Origin: Dimorphilus gyrociliatus | Lineage: Eukaryota > Animalia > Annelida | DNA: 64,000 bases | Direction of reading: 5' to 3' | NCBI GenBank assembly: GCA_904063045.1 | Contig: CAJFCJ010000020.1 | Coordinates: 302,916 to 366,915 of the forward strand | Shown here: positions 50,149-63,930 of the stretch, one piece after another | Numbering within the stretch: position 1 is the stretch's first letter | How the letters are laid out: every line of letters starts with the position of its first letter | The notes under the pieces: generated by a model | Told to the model about the DNA's origin: nothing | What the model saw: only the letters and a program-made list of their open reading frames with translations | Databases searched by the model: none | Translations under genes and position numbers: made by a program

Positions 50149-51668
50149 TCACAAAAGTAACCACTACAGATCCTGTATGATCATGAATTATTCATTAATC
50201 ATATTTAAATAACATGTTAAGTGTGTACTAGTAATTTGTCGGGTTTACCTGCTAACTTTACAACTAAATATTTATAGTTATAAGAAGTAAAAAGGAGAAG
50301 AAAAAGAAAGTCAATTACTTAGGCTGAACATGTTCTAGTTTCCTTTATTTATGCCACATTAATGTTGATAAGCAATCAATCAAATATACTTATTAGTATA
50401 CATTCTGTAAGCTTTACCTAATAAAGAAGGGATAGAAAGGAGGACAAAAGAATCAATTCAGTATTACACCAAACTATTTCCTTAAACGAATTCATTATTA
50501 GATATATTACAAGGCAGTTTGTACAAACAAATAGGCATATGGTCTCATATATCTCTTATTTATTTCGCTTACCAATTCCTTATTAAGAGAACTTATCGCA
50601 TGACGATCATAAACGAATACGTGATTCTGTACTCGTTAATTATATTCAATCATTCACGTCACCTTCATGTAAAAGTACTCCTCTTTTTTTATCAAATCTC
50701 ACAAATTTAGCCAGTGAAATATTTAAGTGTTTGGCAGTATTTAATGAGAAAAAATAGACCGATGATAGAAGTTCAAAGGAGACTTGCAGTGGAAGGTAAA
50801 GTAGTGGGAGGAGTAGGCGGAGGGGATGTAGAATGAAATAAACGTCAAAATGTCGTATTCATAAGTCGATTTACTATCGAGAGTGCTTACGCATAAGAAT
50901 CTAATATATTAGAACGTTTTTATTGCTGTACAGATTAAGGGTACCCCGTTACTCGACTTTCGAGGAGGTTTAGTTGTAGGATGATAATGGCCAATTAATC
51001 TCCTACTCTTTTTCACATGGATTAGTAACCTTTTTCTTGGTCTAATATTTCATTTTAACTTATCCGATATTTCCATTATCTCAGTTTTCGTCTAATTCAG
51101 TTGCATTAACATATATTTCATCAATTGATATAGAGATATTTATAATAATACATATTTATTAATATTGCATCAAGGAACTATTCTATTTTTAGCTTCTTAT
51201 ACTATTATATACTATAAGAAACATATTTGTATAAGCGTCACAAGATTAGGTCTATTCTCTTACTCTAAAGCGATAATAAAAATTTTAATAACAAAAGTAA
51301 AATTAAATGGTCTATTTTGGCAGCGCCATCTATTTCAATATCGATTTACTTTCTATATTATATATGGCAATTTCAATACGTTTTCTCAACAGGAACTTTG
51401 CAGAAAATTTCTAATAGCTCAGCAGAAAATTAATATTTTACTCAGATTTTACGAGATATATCTATTATCTATGACGATAGTTTCTCTAATATTAATTGAT
51501 GTGTATTAATCAATTTGTTTACAAAATTATTAGGCGCGAAAAGCCTTTTTAATGGATTTTAACGCAATTTTTACATTAATAATATAGATTTATAAAGATA
51601 TTTTCACATTTGGTACAATCCTTCAAAGATCGGCCATAATCTTGTAAACTTGAAATTGAAAGGAGGAA

Positions 51669-52803
51669 ATGTATAAAACCGAAGGATATTTGGAGCCTAG
51701 TAGTTTGAGTGCAGGCTATACGTCTAGTAGTGTATATTCTCATTCTGATCAATTTTCTCCTGGATATGATACAAGAGGTAAATAGATGTATAATAACTGT
51801 ATACCATTTAAATATACGGTATCTCTTTTATATAGTAGAAAGTGTATTAAAAGTAACAAATTAAAAGAGACATAGATGAAAACTGTTTCGACGTCCTTAG
51901 ACGACGTAATCAATTTTTTTTGAATTTAAATAGCTATCTTTCTAAATTCACTATGACTGGTTTAGAAATTATGCAGTCAACTTTTAAGGGTGAGCAAGGG
52001 GAATACAGAGAGAAATTCACTTATTAACCTAAGCTGTTCACCATATTCGAGAATTATTATTTGCTTGTTTACCCCATGAATACTGAATATTTATGTACAT
52101 TATACATAGGACGGGAGCTGTACATATAGCAATTATTATAAACGTACTAATACAACTATAAATCTATAAATGTACTCTGTATATCCTATTTATTCATTGT
52201 TTGTGTCGTTATTTTATCTTTCCTTTTCAGTGTAGGCCTAAGTATCTTGATTTTTAGGTTGTTGAGTTGAGTCATAGTTAAGCCATAACTGCTTAACTAG
52301 TTTTATCAGCAGTTTTTTCGCCTTAGGATAGCTCTGCATTACAAACAACCCAGAGAGTTTCTCAGGTACGAATACTTGACTCATCCTATATAAAATGCCA
52401 TGACTGATGCAGGCGGCCTCTTCAAAAGGCCTACATCTCAGCAAATTACGACTTTGCACTGTACGTATCCCGTACATACTCTAAACTGCATAGCATATAT
52501 CGAATAGGAAACGGGAATACGAAGTACTTTCTTTCCTATTGTTTAAAAGTATTCGATTAGTATTAGATAGCCTCATTGGCCTAAAGCGGTCGAAAAATAC
52601 TTAATCTTTATTTCTTAACGGATAATCCGTAAGTATTGCTTGGATGAACTAAATTTGCGTATAATATAATATTTATATATGATGGTGTATAAACATTCGT
52701 TTAATATACAACGCATAGTGATCAATATGTATTCACATTGTAATAAACGTATGATATATATATATATATACAGTATATACATCAACATAGAGACTAGATT
52801 TTG

Positions 52804-52834
<31 letters not shown>

Positions 52835-54411
52835 TTCCTCTATATAATATATACAGTATATATATATATGTTTATACAAATCTTTTTTTAGATCATTGCT
52901 CAATGCTCTTAATTTGATGAGAAAGATAAGATATACAGCTATAGCTAGAAATATCTTTAGATAACGGTCTATTTTCATTGCCCTAAGATTTATAAATTTT
53001 GTTTTCTTAAACTCAGACAAACATTACACACTTAATCATCGTAAGAATGAAGAGGAAACTGCACTAAAATCCGTTATGGATATTCGTAAAGATGAGCATG
53101 TATATGAGAAAGCAGTTTACGAGAGTTTCAAGTAAGATTTTATACAATTTCACAAGAACAAAGTGATGAATGTTATCAATCTTTATCTATGTTTTTTCCT
53201 ACTAAAATTACTCTCGGTCTTTGAACTTCAACTTTACATCTTTGTTTCGATAGGGAGAATCCAGTTACAAGAGAAATGAAGAACGAAAGGTAACAACTTT
53301 AAATATAAAAACTTTTGATTGTAATTTTATATTATTTTAACGCATTTAATATCAATAGAGTTAAAGTCAATCCAGTGTATCAAGCTGACGAAACTGACTA
53401 CATTAAGAAGAGTATCCCAAAATCTACAGTTTATCCTGGATTGTTAACTTTTGTATTAATTATTGTATATATTATATTTTCTAAAAATAAGCACATTTAT
53501 AGTAAGATTATAATTATTTATAGCTTTTCCTCGTATCGACTTGTGCCTTAATTCTTTCGATTATTACTGTTGGAGACGTAAAAGATCTTAAGGAATCTAG
53601 TACAAGAACGTCAACACCAAATTTTGTTCTGAGCGATAATTCATCGGCAAAGTGGTTAGAAGAGTTTAAGGAATGGAAAAAAGTCAAAGAACAATTAGAA
53701 ATCCGCCTACAGAGTCTTGAACAAGAAAACATAAAATTGAAGGATGGTATAGATAAACTAGTAATTATATACATAACTTTAAGGAGATGAATTGAATTAA
53801 TCCATTTTTATAACAACTTAGGAGAAAAAGTACGAACGTCAGACAGATAATGAAATGTACCTTAGGGAAGATATGAGAACTATAAAAAGTCAAATTCAAA
53901 CTACTGTGAACGGAACAGTATTTGACAGAGAAATAAAAGTAATTAATATTCTATTTAATCATAATTAAACTTAACGTTTTATATTTTTATTTTAGAAAAT
54001 TAAAGAAAATTTCGATTGTAAAGTGTACAATATGACGCATTCTTCTTCATTCGATCGTTCATTCACATATACTCCTTCAATGTATCCTTGCAAAAATAGG
54101 GATGTTCCTTATTGTCCCATTTCTAAGGAGGTTTTGTAGAATTCTATATTCTATATTACTAGTTTTTTATTTACAGTATAAATTTTAGTTTTTTTTTATC
54201 TAATTTTCTACTCTTTGAATAGGATCTACAGAAAATCACAATTATGTCTGCCTATTGTACGTCAAAGAATGCTCAAAGTAGTTTGTTAACCGAAACATCT
54301 AACGGTATCTTCAAATGTTATTGTTTCGGTAAGCACCCGGATGCTAAGTTGAAAAAATTAAATGAAAGAGAATGTACGATGTGGATAAGATATTGTAAAA
54401 AATCTGAGTAA
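51669..54411 (+). CDS. Uncharacterised type II membrane protein (~343 aa): Tyr-rich cytoplasmic tail, TM, coiled-coil neck, 8-Cys C-terminal domain
   Basis: Exons 51669-51777, 53017-53131, 53254-53289, 53359-53452, 53524-53760, 53822-53938, 53996-54130, 54223-54411 (1032 nt, all GT-AG, stop-free). The first exon and the donor at 53453 (alt 53465) are least certain. Largely absent from the ORF track. Confidence 0.75.
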
Positions 54412-57400
54412 TACATTTAAGGAAGCATAGAAGAATAGCAAAGTTTGGTGCTGTAAGAAGACACTAAAATGTTTTCATCTTTTGTTTCTGATATAAAATA
54501 AACGATAGTTTTCATTTTTGCTCTATTTTAGCATAAAATATATAAAAAATGAAATAATAAACTTATGAATCACTCAACAAAGGGAATTCATTGAGATAAA
54601 AAATTAATTTATACAAATGTATAAATGTATGAAGGTTGATATTGATATATAATATCCAATAAAGATATAAATCACCAATTCTTTAGGCTAATTCAATATT
54701 AATAAAGCTATTTTGTAGGTGACGGAAGTAGCGGAAGTATATATATATTGTATATACAGTGTATATACTTATTCATTCATATGCATATTTTGTCAGAATA
54801 GATTAGAACAACTATTCTTTACAACGAAAGAGGTAATGCGATAAAATAACTTTCCTATAAGTAAATGATTAAATAAGTGTTCAAGAGAAAGAAGCAAACA
54901 GAAACGGTGAAAGTCGACCTTAATGGTTTAGCAAATGTAATGTTTAACAGGATGTAAGAAATCGATAATTAAGATAATAATAAACATAGGTAAAAAGTTT
55001 GTTCCTTCGTATTAAAATTTTATAAAAGGCAAGTTAAATATAGAAAGTGTAATAGATAGAAAAAATTCTAAAATATTTGCTTAAATATATTAGACTTGAG
55101 CACTCATATTTTCTCAGTTATTTATATATATTTATAAAGATATTGCCTACGCAGTAAAAGAGGAAATTTTTACAAAGTACCGTTCTTATAATCAACAGAC
55201 TATACACTTACATATCGAGATGGTTTTGAATATTTACATATCCAAAATCTATAGCTTCAATTCAAGATTTATAAACTAAATTATTTACTCAAAAATTGCA
55301 TTGTTCATTTATTTTTATGTTGAATATACTTAGGCAAGACATTCAATTTTCATAGGTTTTTCCACCTATAAAATACTGTTGTTAATAATTTAATCCTTTC
55401 AAATTCAATCACAAATAACTTCTTCCTTTATAAATAATCAAGATTTAGTTTACGTTAATTAATTTTTACAAGTCTTTGCAATTTTTTGATTCAAAATTTT
55501 ACAAAAGCCTTTTGAATTAGAAATATTTAAAATGTATATGAATAGTTCTTCAACTATGTTGAAAATAATGCAAATAATTGTACAATGCTTATAGTTAACC
55601 ATTATATATCAGTTTGTTTCTTATAATTCTCCTATAACCTTATACCTCTTTAAAGTTATCAAGTGGAGGGGAGAGCGTGACTAGTTTCAATTAAAAGTGA
55701 TCTGATAAAAATAGATCATATGTATCACGGGTAGCTTCATTTCTTGATGAATATAAGTCAAGGTCTTAACTATTTTATAATAAAATTTCGTATAAAATAT
55801 GACGACAACAGTGGAATTCATAAAGTTTTGTTTAAAATGAAAAGTTGATACTATATAATGAAACAACGAAAACACATCATGCTTATTTTGTACAAATACA
55901 TAATTTATATGTTAAATTATATAATTATATTTAATTTAGTGTCATTGTATTTAATAGTATGTTATAGAGTTATTGTTCTTCCATAAGAGACAGCCTATCC
56001 TATCGGAGAGAGTATTAGCTAGCGATAAAGAAGAGAAGAACAATTAGATATTAAGCTATTTGGAGTAGTCTAGTTTCTATACTTATTTTTACTGTAATGT
56101 CTACTTTTTGTTAATATAATTTTTGTAGACGTTTATGGCTCATAATATTGCTAAATTCAGGATAATCTCTGTATAATACATTATAAAAATAGACTATGCG
56201 ATTTAATTGGAACAGTTTCAAAGTTTTATTTTCTATAAATAATTATCTAGAATCAACCTCTTCCGTTTGTGACTATATCATTATATATCTATTGAGTATT
56301 AGTTTTTTAAGGTTACTCAGTAATTGATGGGTTATTTTTTTCCTTCATATTAAGTGCACGAAAGGTTCGTAAAGAACCATCATCACTTTTTGTTCCTACC
56401 TACCTATGGAAAATAAGTTATTAATTCTATTTGATTAGTTCGGTTATTTACCTTTTCATAATTGAATAATTTGCTTACAGCGCAAAAATTAAGACATAAA
56501 TTAAGGATATAGTATGATACTCTATTACTTAAGTAATTGTTAATGTAAATAATTAACTATAACAAATAGTTGAACAATTAAAAAGAAAGTTTCAATAGTC
56601 TTGAACGCTTTTGACTTTTTTTTGGGTACTACGCACTTATATTTACCAAGTAAATATCTAAATCATTTATTTGCTACTTACTTGAAAGATGGCAATCTAT
56701 CTATTATCAAACTTAATGTAACTATCGTTTACTAAGTAAATTATTAATGTTTGAAAGAAAGTGAAAATTAGCTGTGTTTGCAAATCATAAATCTATTGAG
56801 TTCACGAGTATTGAATGCATCTTATAAATCGGTAGTTTTATGATTTTATTATACATACCTTAGTCTTAGTCAGGTTAATTGTATACATATGAAAACTTAA
56901 CTACCAAAGTTCAAAATGTTTGCCTATGATGCGGTACATTACATAAAAGAATATTTATTATAGATTGATAAAAGTATAAGTGAGGAATGGGTATTTATAA
57001 ACATTGAACATTTCTTGATCTCTTCGTCTAGATGAGATGAAAGAGATTTATAGACTTTCTTCGTTGCAGAAAATCTTTTGTTTATAGATCTCTATAATTT
57101 ATTTTAAGTGCATGTGGAAAGACAAAGAATATTTTATCAATCTGTATGGTTGACAGGGCAAACGATACTGCCATTTCAACGTATTACTAAAAATTGTCTG
57201 GCCAAAGTTTATTTTAATCAATCTATTGTTCTAACCTATTAACCTGATTAAATTAAGGTTACTTTTCGACCGTTACGGTAATTTCTACACAAAAACAACC
57301 TTAGTTTTTTCGGAATTTATTCTATTATCCAGACATACAAAAATCAATTTATTGGCTGAAAAAAATTTGTGTTTTTATCTCATTTTGCGGACACGCCTCA

Positions 57401-57454
57401 TCAACTCCCATTGATAATGAAGTACACTTCGTTCCGATAACTTGAAATGTTCTA

Positions 57455-60370
57455 ATGATAATAATGTCCACTAAAATAATATTTCTGTTTATTTGGTTTA
57501 TTTCAAAGGGAACTTGTGACCTTTCTCAACTGTTAAATTTGGAATTTGCAAATTCTGGTATATCGAAAGCAGGAGATGTTTATCAATGGAAACAATTACC
57601 ATGCTCGTATCTTGAATCACAGAATGTAACAACTATTCAACAGAATTGGGCCAACTATAAAAAGTTCAATTATTTATTTCAAGAAAAAAATGGTGAATTG
57701 ATTCCTCCACCAAGTGGGATAAGAAGTTCAGTGCCTTTAGGAGGTAGGTTCTTTAGTCTTTTCTGAGCTCTAAAGATAATTTCCTTCTCTTTTTTCTACT
57801 TAGGAATTTCAACTGGTGTCATAGAATTAAGAGCTGATGGAACTTTTCACGAGTGGACAATTGTAAATCAGAGTCCGGCTGGAGCGGGAAAATTTCAAGT
57901 CTTTGATGATGCTTTTTTCGCCATCAGAGAAACAATCAGCAATAACATAAAACTGAAATCGATTAACGGTGTTAATGAAATGAAAAGACCTAGTAGTAGA
58001 GCTTTTTCCATCCGAACAGGCCCTCCAGAAGGTATTCCAGGAGTTCAAGCAATTGAATACGGTGGTGAATTTCCAGTAAGTCGTTTGAAAATTCAAGACA
58101 CACGCTTAAGTGTTAATACAGAATTATTGGCCTATTCTTCTTATTTTGTGAATGATATGGAGTCTTCAGCAAAACCAGCTATTAGTTTTACATTTAACTT
58201 AGAAAATCCAACAAGCAATAGTATTTCTATTGACTTACTCCTGAACATGCCAATTGACATTGAAAAAGGTTATGAAAGAACCAGCTCCCAAAATGGTCAA
58301 GGAGGCCCTCCTGTTACAGCTAAACCAGTTAGAATAATAACTAATTTATCAGATGATGTTAGCTGCTCTGATGAATGTCAAAGAAGCAATGATTGCTCAA
58401 CATGGACCTTTTATAAAAGTACAAAACAGTGTAAGATCTATAACACGGTAAATTTAAATACATTCAACGAGGATGCCAGTTCTGGTTTAAAAGGTTCTTG
58501 GCAAATCGATTCTGTTGACCAAAATATGGACTGCGTAAGTTTGGTTAGGCCTGGAAATATGGGACCAAATGGAAATTTTTCCTTATGTGGAGTAAAAGAT
58601 ACAGGAGTACAATTTTCTTATGGAAGTTTCAGACATCTACAACATCTCTGGGAAATGTTCGAGAGAGACGGTAGCTTTTCTAGATCAGATATCCAACACT
58701 CACATGGAGCTATCATGATGAATACTCTATTAAAACCTGGTGAGAAGAAGCTGGTAACTTTTATTATATCTTGGTATTACCCCCATCGAGATTTTGTAAA
58801 TAAAATTTATGGAAACTATTATCAGAATCTCTTCAGTGATTCACTTCATGTAGCTAAGGAAATGAGAGATAGTTTACCTTCTTTAGCTGCTAGTATTTCC
58901 GGTATTCACAAAACATTCTTAGATTCAACTTTACCTAGCTGGTTATCAGACTTGTTTGTCAATAGTCTGAGTCATATCCGTACTGCCATTTGGTTTAAAG
59001 ATGGCAGATGGAGACAATGGGAAGCAACTGATTGCGTTAATATTGGTAAGGTAGAATTAATAGATTATGTTGTTTATATAAATGTATATTTTATGTATGG
59101 TATTCTGACATTTGTAGACTCTGTGCATAATGACGGAGAGAGACATATTCCTTATATTACGATGTATCCTGAATCTACAAAAAATAAGATACGAGCGTGG
59201 GCAAAATCTCAACAAGCCAATGGAATGATCCCTGAGCAACTTCGCTGCAATGCTGGAGGTCCAACTTCTGAGATCGATACACCTTGTGGCAGAAAAATGT
59301 CTGATGTTTCTTCTATGCTCATGGTTTACATTCTGGAAATGTATCAATGGGGTGGTGACGTCGACTTGTTAAAAGAAATGTACCCAGTGATCATAAAGGC
59401 TGCCGACTGGCATATTAATACGACAGGCTCCTATGGCATACCCATTAACCTACAAAACACATACGATATTCTTGCTTTGAATGCTTACACATTTTCAGCT
59501 TATAATTCCGCTTTTCATCTTCTAGCTATGAAAGTTGCTGAACATTTAGCTAGAGCAATGTCTGATACACCTAGAGCGTTAAAGTATAAACAAGCTTATG
59601 AAAAGGGTGTTGTAGGAATGGATAAGTACTTGTGGAATTCTACAATGAATTATTACAACTCATATGGGTCCATATCTTCTTCTGGTGAATTGCACACAGT
59701 CGGTGCTCTTATGACAGATACTTTTTACGCTCAAGTTTTAGCTTTCTCTTTAGGACTCGGCCCTCTCGTTGATGAGAAAAAGTTGAATACTCATATGGAT
59801 GCGGAGTTAAGATATAATGACTCTCCGTATGGGATGCTTGTACAAACACGAAGATACAAATATCCGGGCCCTCCTCAAGATAACGCTGTTTGGATGATGG
59901 GTAACCCAAATTGGGCAACTATTAAGATTCATCTTAAAGCCAATCCGCAGGAGGCGCTACTTGTCGCAAAAAAATCACTTGACAGATGGCGTTCAGTACT
60001 CAACGATCAATGGAACGTGGCAGGGATCATGGGTGGCTTGGGATATGGAGCTGAAGGCCAACCTTATATTACTTCGCATTATGGTTATTTCATGTCATCG
60101 TGGCATCTCATATTTGCATTATCTAGACAACAGACAGACCTAACCCCATCTAAATCTTTTCTGCGTTTTGATCCGTCTGTCAATTCACCGTACACACTTC
60201 CGTTTCTACTACCGGGTAGCATTGGAACAGTAAGCCGCGACGGATCTAGAATTACTCTAACTCTACTTTCTGGAAAAAACTTGGATGTTGCAGAAGTTGA
60301 AGTTTCCGGTAGTCGATTCCCATTTAGGGTCTCTTTAAAAGCGGGAGGCTCAATCTTTTGGAAAGTCTGA
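57455..60370 (+). CDS. GH116 (GBA2-like) beta-glucosidase with signal peptide and PAN/Apple-like insert (~927 aa)
   Basis: Exons 57455-57743, 57804-59045, 59118-60370. Motifs VPLGGISTGVIELRADG, WRQWEATDC.NIDSVH, QNTYD, SAYN...HL and SHY...M..W. The ORF track reads through a 72-nt intron. Confidence 0.9.
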
Positions 60371-60586
60371 GATTTCTAAAGGAGAATAAAAATATTTACA
60401 ACTCTGTTTTACTTAATAGAAATCCAGCAAATATAAATCTTAACTAAATAGCTTATTGAATAAATATACATTTTTTTTAAATATATAATCACCATCAAGC
60501 GTTTCTAGAAATAAAAAACTCTTATAGAGAGCGCCACACGCAAAACGTACGTAAATTACATAATTTAGACCTGCACATTTGCGCTG

Positions 60587-61619
60587 ATGGCGTGCAGACT
60601 AACTGTTTGTTTAGAAAAGGAGTATCCAGTTTATAAAACTACGGAAAAATTGGTTGGAAAAGTCGTATTAGATGCCTCGGAGAACTTTCTCGCTAAGCGT
60701 TAGTTAAGAAATTTATATTTCAAAATAAAAAGAAATTGTTCTGCTTAACATTTTAGGATTATTTAAGTAAATTTAACTAGAAAACTTAATATTTGCAAGT
60801 TGAACTTATTCCAATTATAGGAGTTGAAATTCAACTAAACGGGGATGCTGTCTTTGCCCTGGAAGATAGGGACGTATATAAGGAAGAGAGACGGATACTC
60901 ATAAAAGAAACAATTATATTATGGGGAGAAGGTAGAGGTTACTTTCATTTATTATTTTTCGAGTAAATTCTGTATATAATCACTTAAATATCAACTCGAA
61001 CTGGAATACGTTGTCATAGAAACACTGATCAAAAAAAAAAGACAAATGGATTTATGCATATGTAAAGTATGAGTACGTGTAAAACGTAGATACACATATG
61101 AAATTTGCGTATTGTCAATATTAATATTTAAAGATAAGGTGAAGTGCTTATACATATAAGTATATATATATATTTATGTATGAACAATTTACTGTATTTA
61201 TTTATGTAGAATGTTATTTATAAATGTTTATGGCAGTCAAAAATATTTACTACGATATTCTTTATACAATGTTTGAAACAGATTCTTGTTACTTACTACG
61301 TATACAATATATAGTATATTGTATTTTGTATATTGTGTATATTATATGTACAATATACATAAATGTGTATATCACAGTATATATATATATATACAGTATA
61401 TGTATTTTTCAATCACCATTTACATTGTATATATGTATACGCCTATTTGTTTATTTATAGAATTGTAATATAGAGTCGTATATTATTATAAATATTTGTA
61501 AACATGTTTACATAACTTTAGAAATTGCTGTTGCAATTTGCTGTTTAGTTAACTTTGTGCATGATTACTATTTAAAAATTTTTGAAATATTCACCTTCTT
61601 ATATTTATATACCATATAC

Positions 61620-61650
<31 letters not shown>

Positions 61651-63121
61651 AACAGCTAAAATGATGCATTTATACATATACATTATTTAGTAGCATTTCA
61701 CCAGGGCGTGGTTATTTGATGACAACTAACAATGCATTAATTCGATTAATTCAAAGCGACGTCTACTTTCGATCCATGTTATCCGCCAATGGAGGCAAAC
61801 AAAGGACAGCTACTGAAAAGAGATAATGAAATAGGGTTAGATAAATAGAAAATTATTCGAATAAAGTTTTTATTTGTTTGTTTATGGTTTCGTCGTCAAA
61901 CTATATTTTATTCTGTGTCTTGTTTGTTGGGAATAAATCGGATGATATGCATCTATTTACCTTTTGTTCCATATGCAAATAAATGTTGAAAGCCGTTTTT
62001 TATAAAGTTTACATTGAATTATTTTATAACACTTTATAAAATATTCAAATATTTAACTTTTCTAATCATTCTTTATTCTATATCCAATACAGCTAATTCT
62101 ATAATTACTAACGGACATGCAACGAGTGAGCCAATAAATACTGGTCGACATGCCTTCCCTTTTCAAATTAAGTTACCATCGAATCTGCCAACCTCAGTCA
62201 AATTGAGAAATGCGAGTATTTTTTATACTGTTCAAGCAGTCCTCCCCCTTTGTAATTCGAATAGTGTTGTATCGGAAAAACAGTCAATTACCATCATTCA
62301 ACCAAACAAGTGCATCGAAACTGAAATGATACAAAAAGAGAAAACAGCTGAATATTCCACTTGCACAAGATCTGGAAGGGTACATTGTGTTCTAAGAACT
62401 GTAAAGACTGAAGTAGTCCCAGGGGATAGTATTCTCTTTTCAACTGATGTTAACAATCTAAGCTTTAGGCGTATAAGGGGCGTTTACATTGTTTTTAAGC
62501 AATTAGCAAAAACAGGTGAACGTCTAGAGAAAAGAGATATATACCGAATAGACGGTCCCCAAATTAGAGCTGGTAAACGAGTATGCTGGAATCATTCAAT
62601 CAGAATTTCATCACTTCCTCCTTCTATGTCTTTTCATCAATTAAATATTAGTTATAGACTAGAACTAATTGTTGACGTCGTTGGATCTGAAGCAATCAAG
62701 TTAAATATAAAAGTTCGAGTTGGAAACGAACCTAGAAATAGTGCCTGCTATCTAATAGATAATTACCAACGTAAGTATAGGCCTATTTATTATCTCAGTT
62801 TACCCTTTTATGTTTTTTTTTAAGAGTAAAAACAACTATTTTTACATCTCATTTTCTTTTACTTTGGTGAAATTTTTGATAAATCGTATAAAGTATAAAT
62901 ATAGACTAGAAAAAACATTAATAAACAATACGCATTAAGTTTTTTTTTTACTTATAGAGCCAGATAAGTTGGAAAATGATAAATTATCTGATTATCCGTT
63001 CTATCCGATTTTCTCACTTAATCGGCTACCTAAAGTAGACGTTTCTATTTACAATCAGAGTCCAAGGAGACGAAGGAGAATACCCGAATTTCGGAAGTAT
63101 TGCAACGAGTCGTTCGCTTAA
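60587..63121 (+). CDS. Alpha-arrestin (arrestin domain-containing) protein (~354 aa)
   Basis: Exons 60587-60698, 60821-60931, 62093-62770, 62958-63121 (1065 nt). Motifs VY...E.L.GKV.L, LWG, G.HAFPFQIKLP..LP.S and ISYRLELIV. No PPxY motif seen in the tail. Confidence 0.88.
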
Positions 63122-63366
63122 TATACAGTTCATATATTTATATAGTTGTATACACAATATACAGTATATATAGTTTTTACTATATATTTATATTGTTTAT
63201 TTTTTGTTTTGCTTAAAGATAATCAGACGTTCATAAAATAGTTACGTTAAAGTTAATAGTTTAATATCACGCTATGTTTTGAACAAATGAGAATTTATAA
63301 AGAGAGCGCTTAAGAATTTAGTTTCCTGTTTTCTTTGATGATTGGTTAGCATTTTGATAATAATAT

Positions 63367-63930
63367 CTATAGCTTTTCGTTGAAGTTATTATTTTCATGT
63401 TGAGCTTCTAATTCATCCATTGAAATGGAAATATCTTGAGGAATTTGAAAATCGGAGACTACTTGTCTTTTAGCTCTTGCACGGGGAGTAGGTGTTAAAT
63501 CTTCTTTCCCTTGTTCAATTTCTTTTGCACTATCTACTTCCTTTTTTAATTCTTTTGATTCCAAGTTTTTAGTATTCATATTGGGTTTTTTTGGTATGCT
63601 TGGTTTACGTCTTAATAACTCATTATCTGAGTTTTTGGGATTCACTTGTAGTTTGTTCTCTTGTTGCTTTTTCTCATCGTTATCATTCTCTTGTAATTTG
63701 TTACCTTCGTTTTCATTCTGTTGCAACTTAGTCCCTTCGTTTTCATCCACTTGCCATTCGTTCGCTTCGTTTTCATTCATTTGCCATTCGTTCGCATCGT
63801 TTTGATTCTGTCGAAATTCATTTGGCAGTGTCATTATGGTTTTCCGAGAAAAAGGCAAAGGTCGTAGTATCATACTTCTAGCTGTCTTGGAGAAGATACT
63901 TCTCTTGACGAATTTGACTTCAGTATTTTC
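63367..63930 (-). CDS. Terminal exon of a gene entering from beyond the window; low-complexity N/E/Q/K protein
   Basis: Acceptor at 63932-63931, open frame to the stop at 63369-63367. Contains five degenerate 30-bp (10-aa) repeats at 63661-63810. Confidence 0.7.
   Translation of the reverse strand, partial: ENTEVKFVKRSIFSKTARSMILRPLPFSRKTIMTLPNEFRQNQNDANEWQMNENEANEWQVDENEGTKLQQNENEGNKLQENDNDEKKQQENKLQVNPKNSDNELLRRKPSIPKKPNMNTKNLESKELKKEVDSAKEIEQGKEDLTPTPRARAKRQVVSDFQIPQDISISMDELEAQHENNNFNEKL

Noticed and set aside
54420-57400. Tandem CGGAAGT (54722-54738) and scattered short exon-like blocks (about 54797, 54886, 55988, 56355)
   Set aside because: Could not be assembled into a phase-consistent gene; left unannotated.
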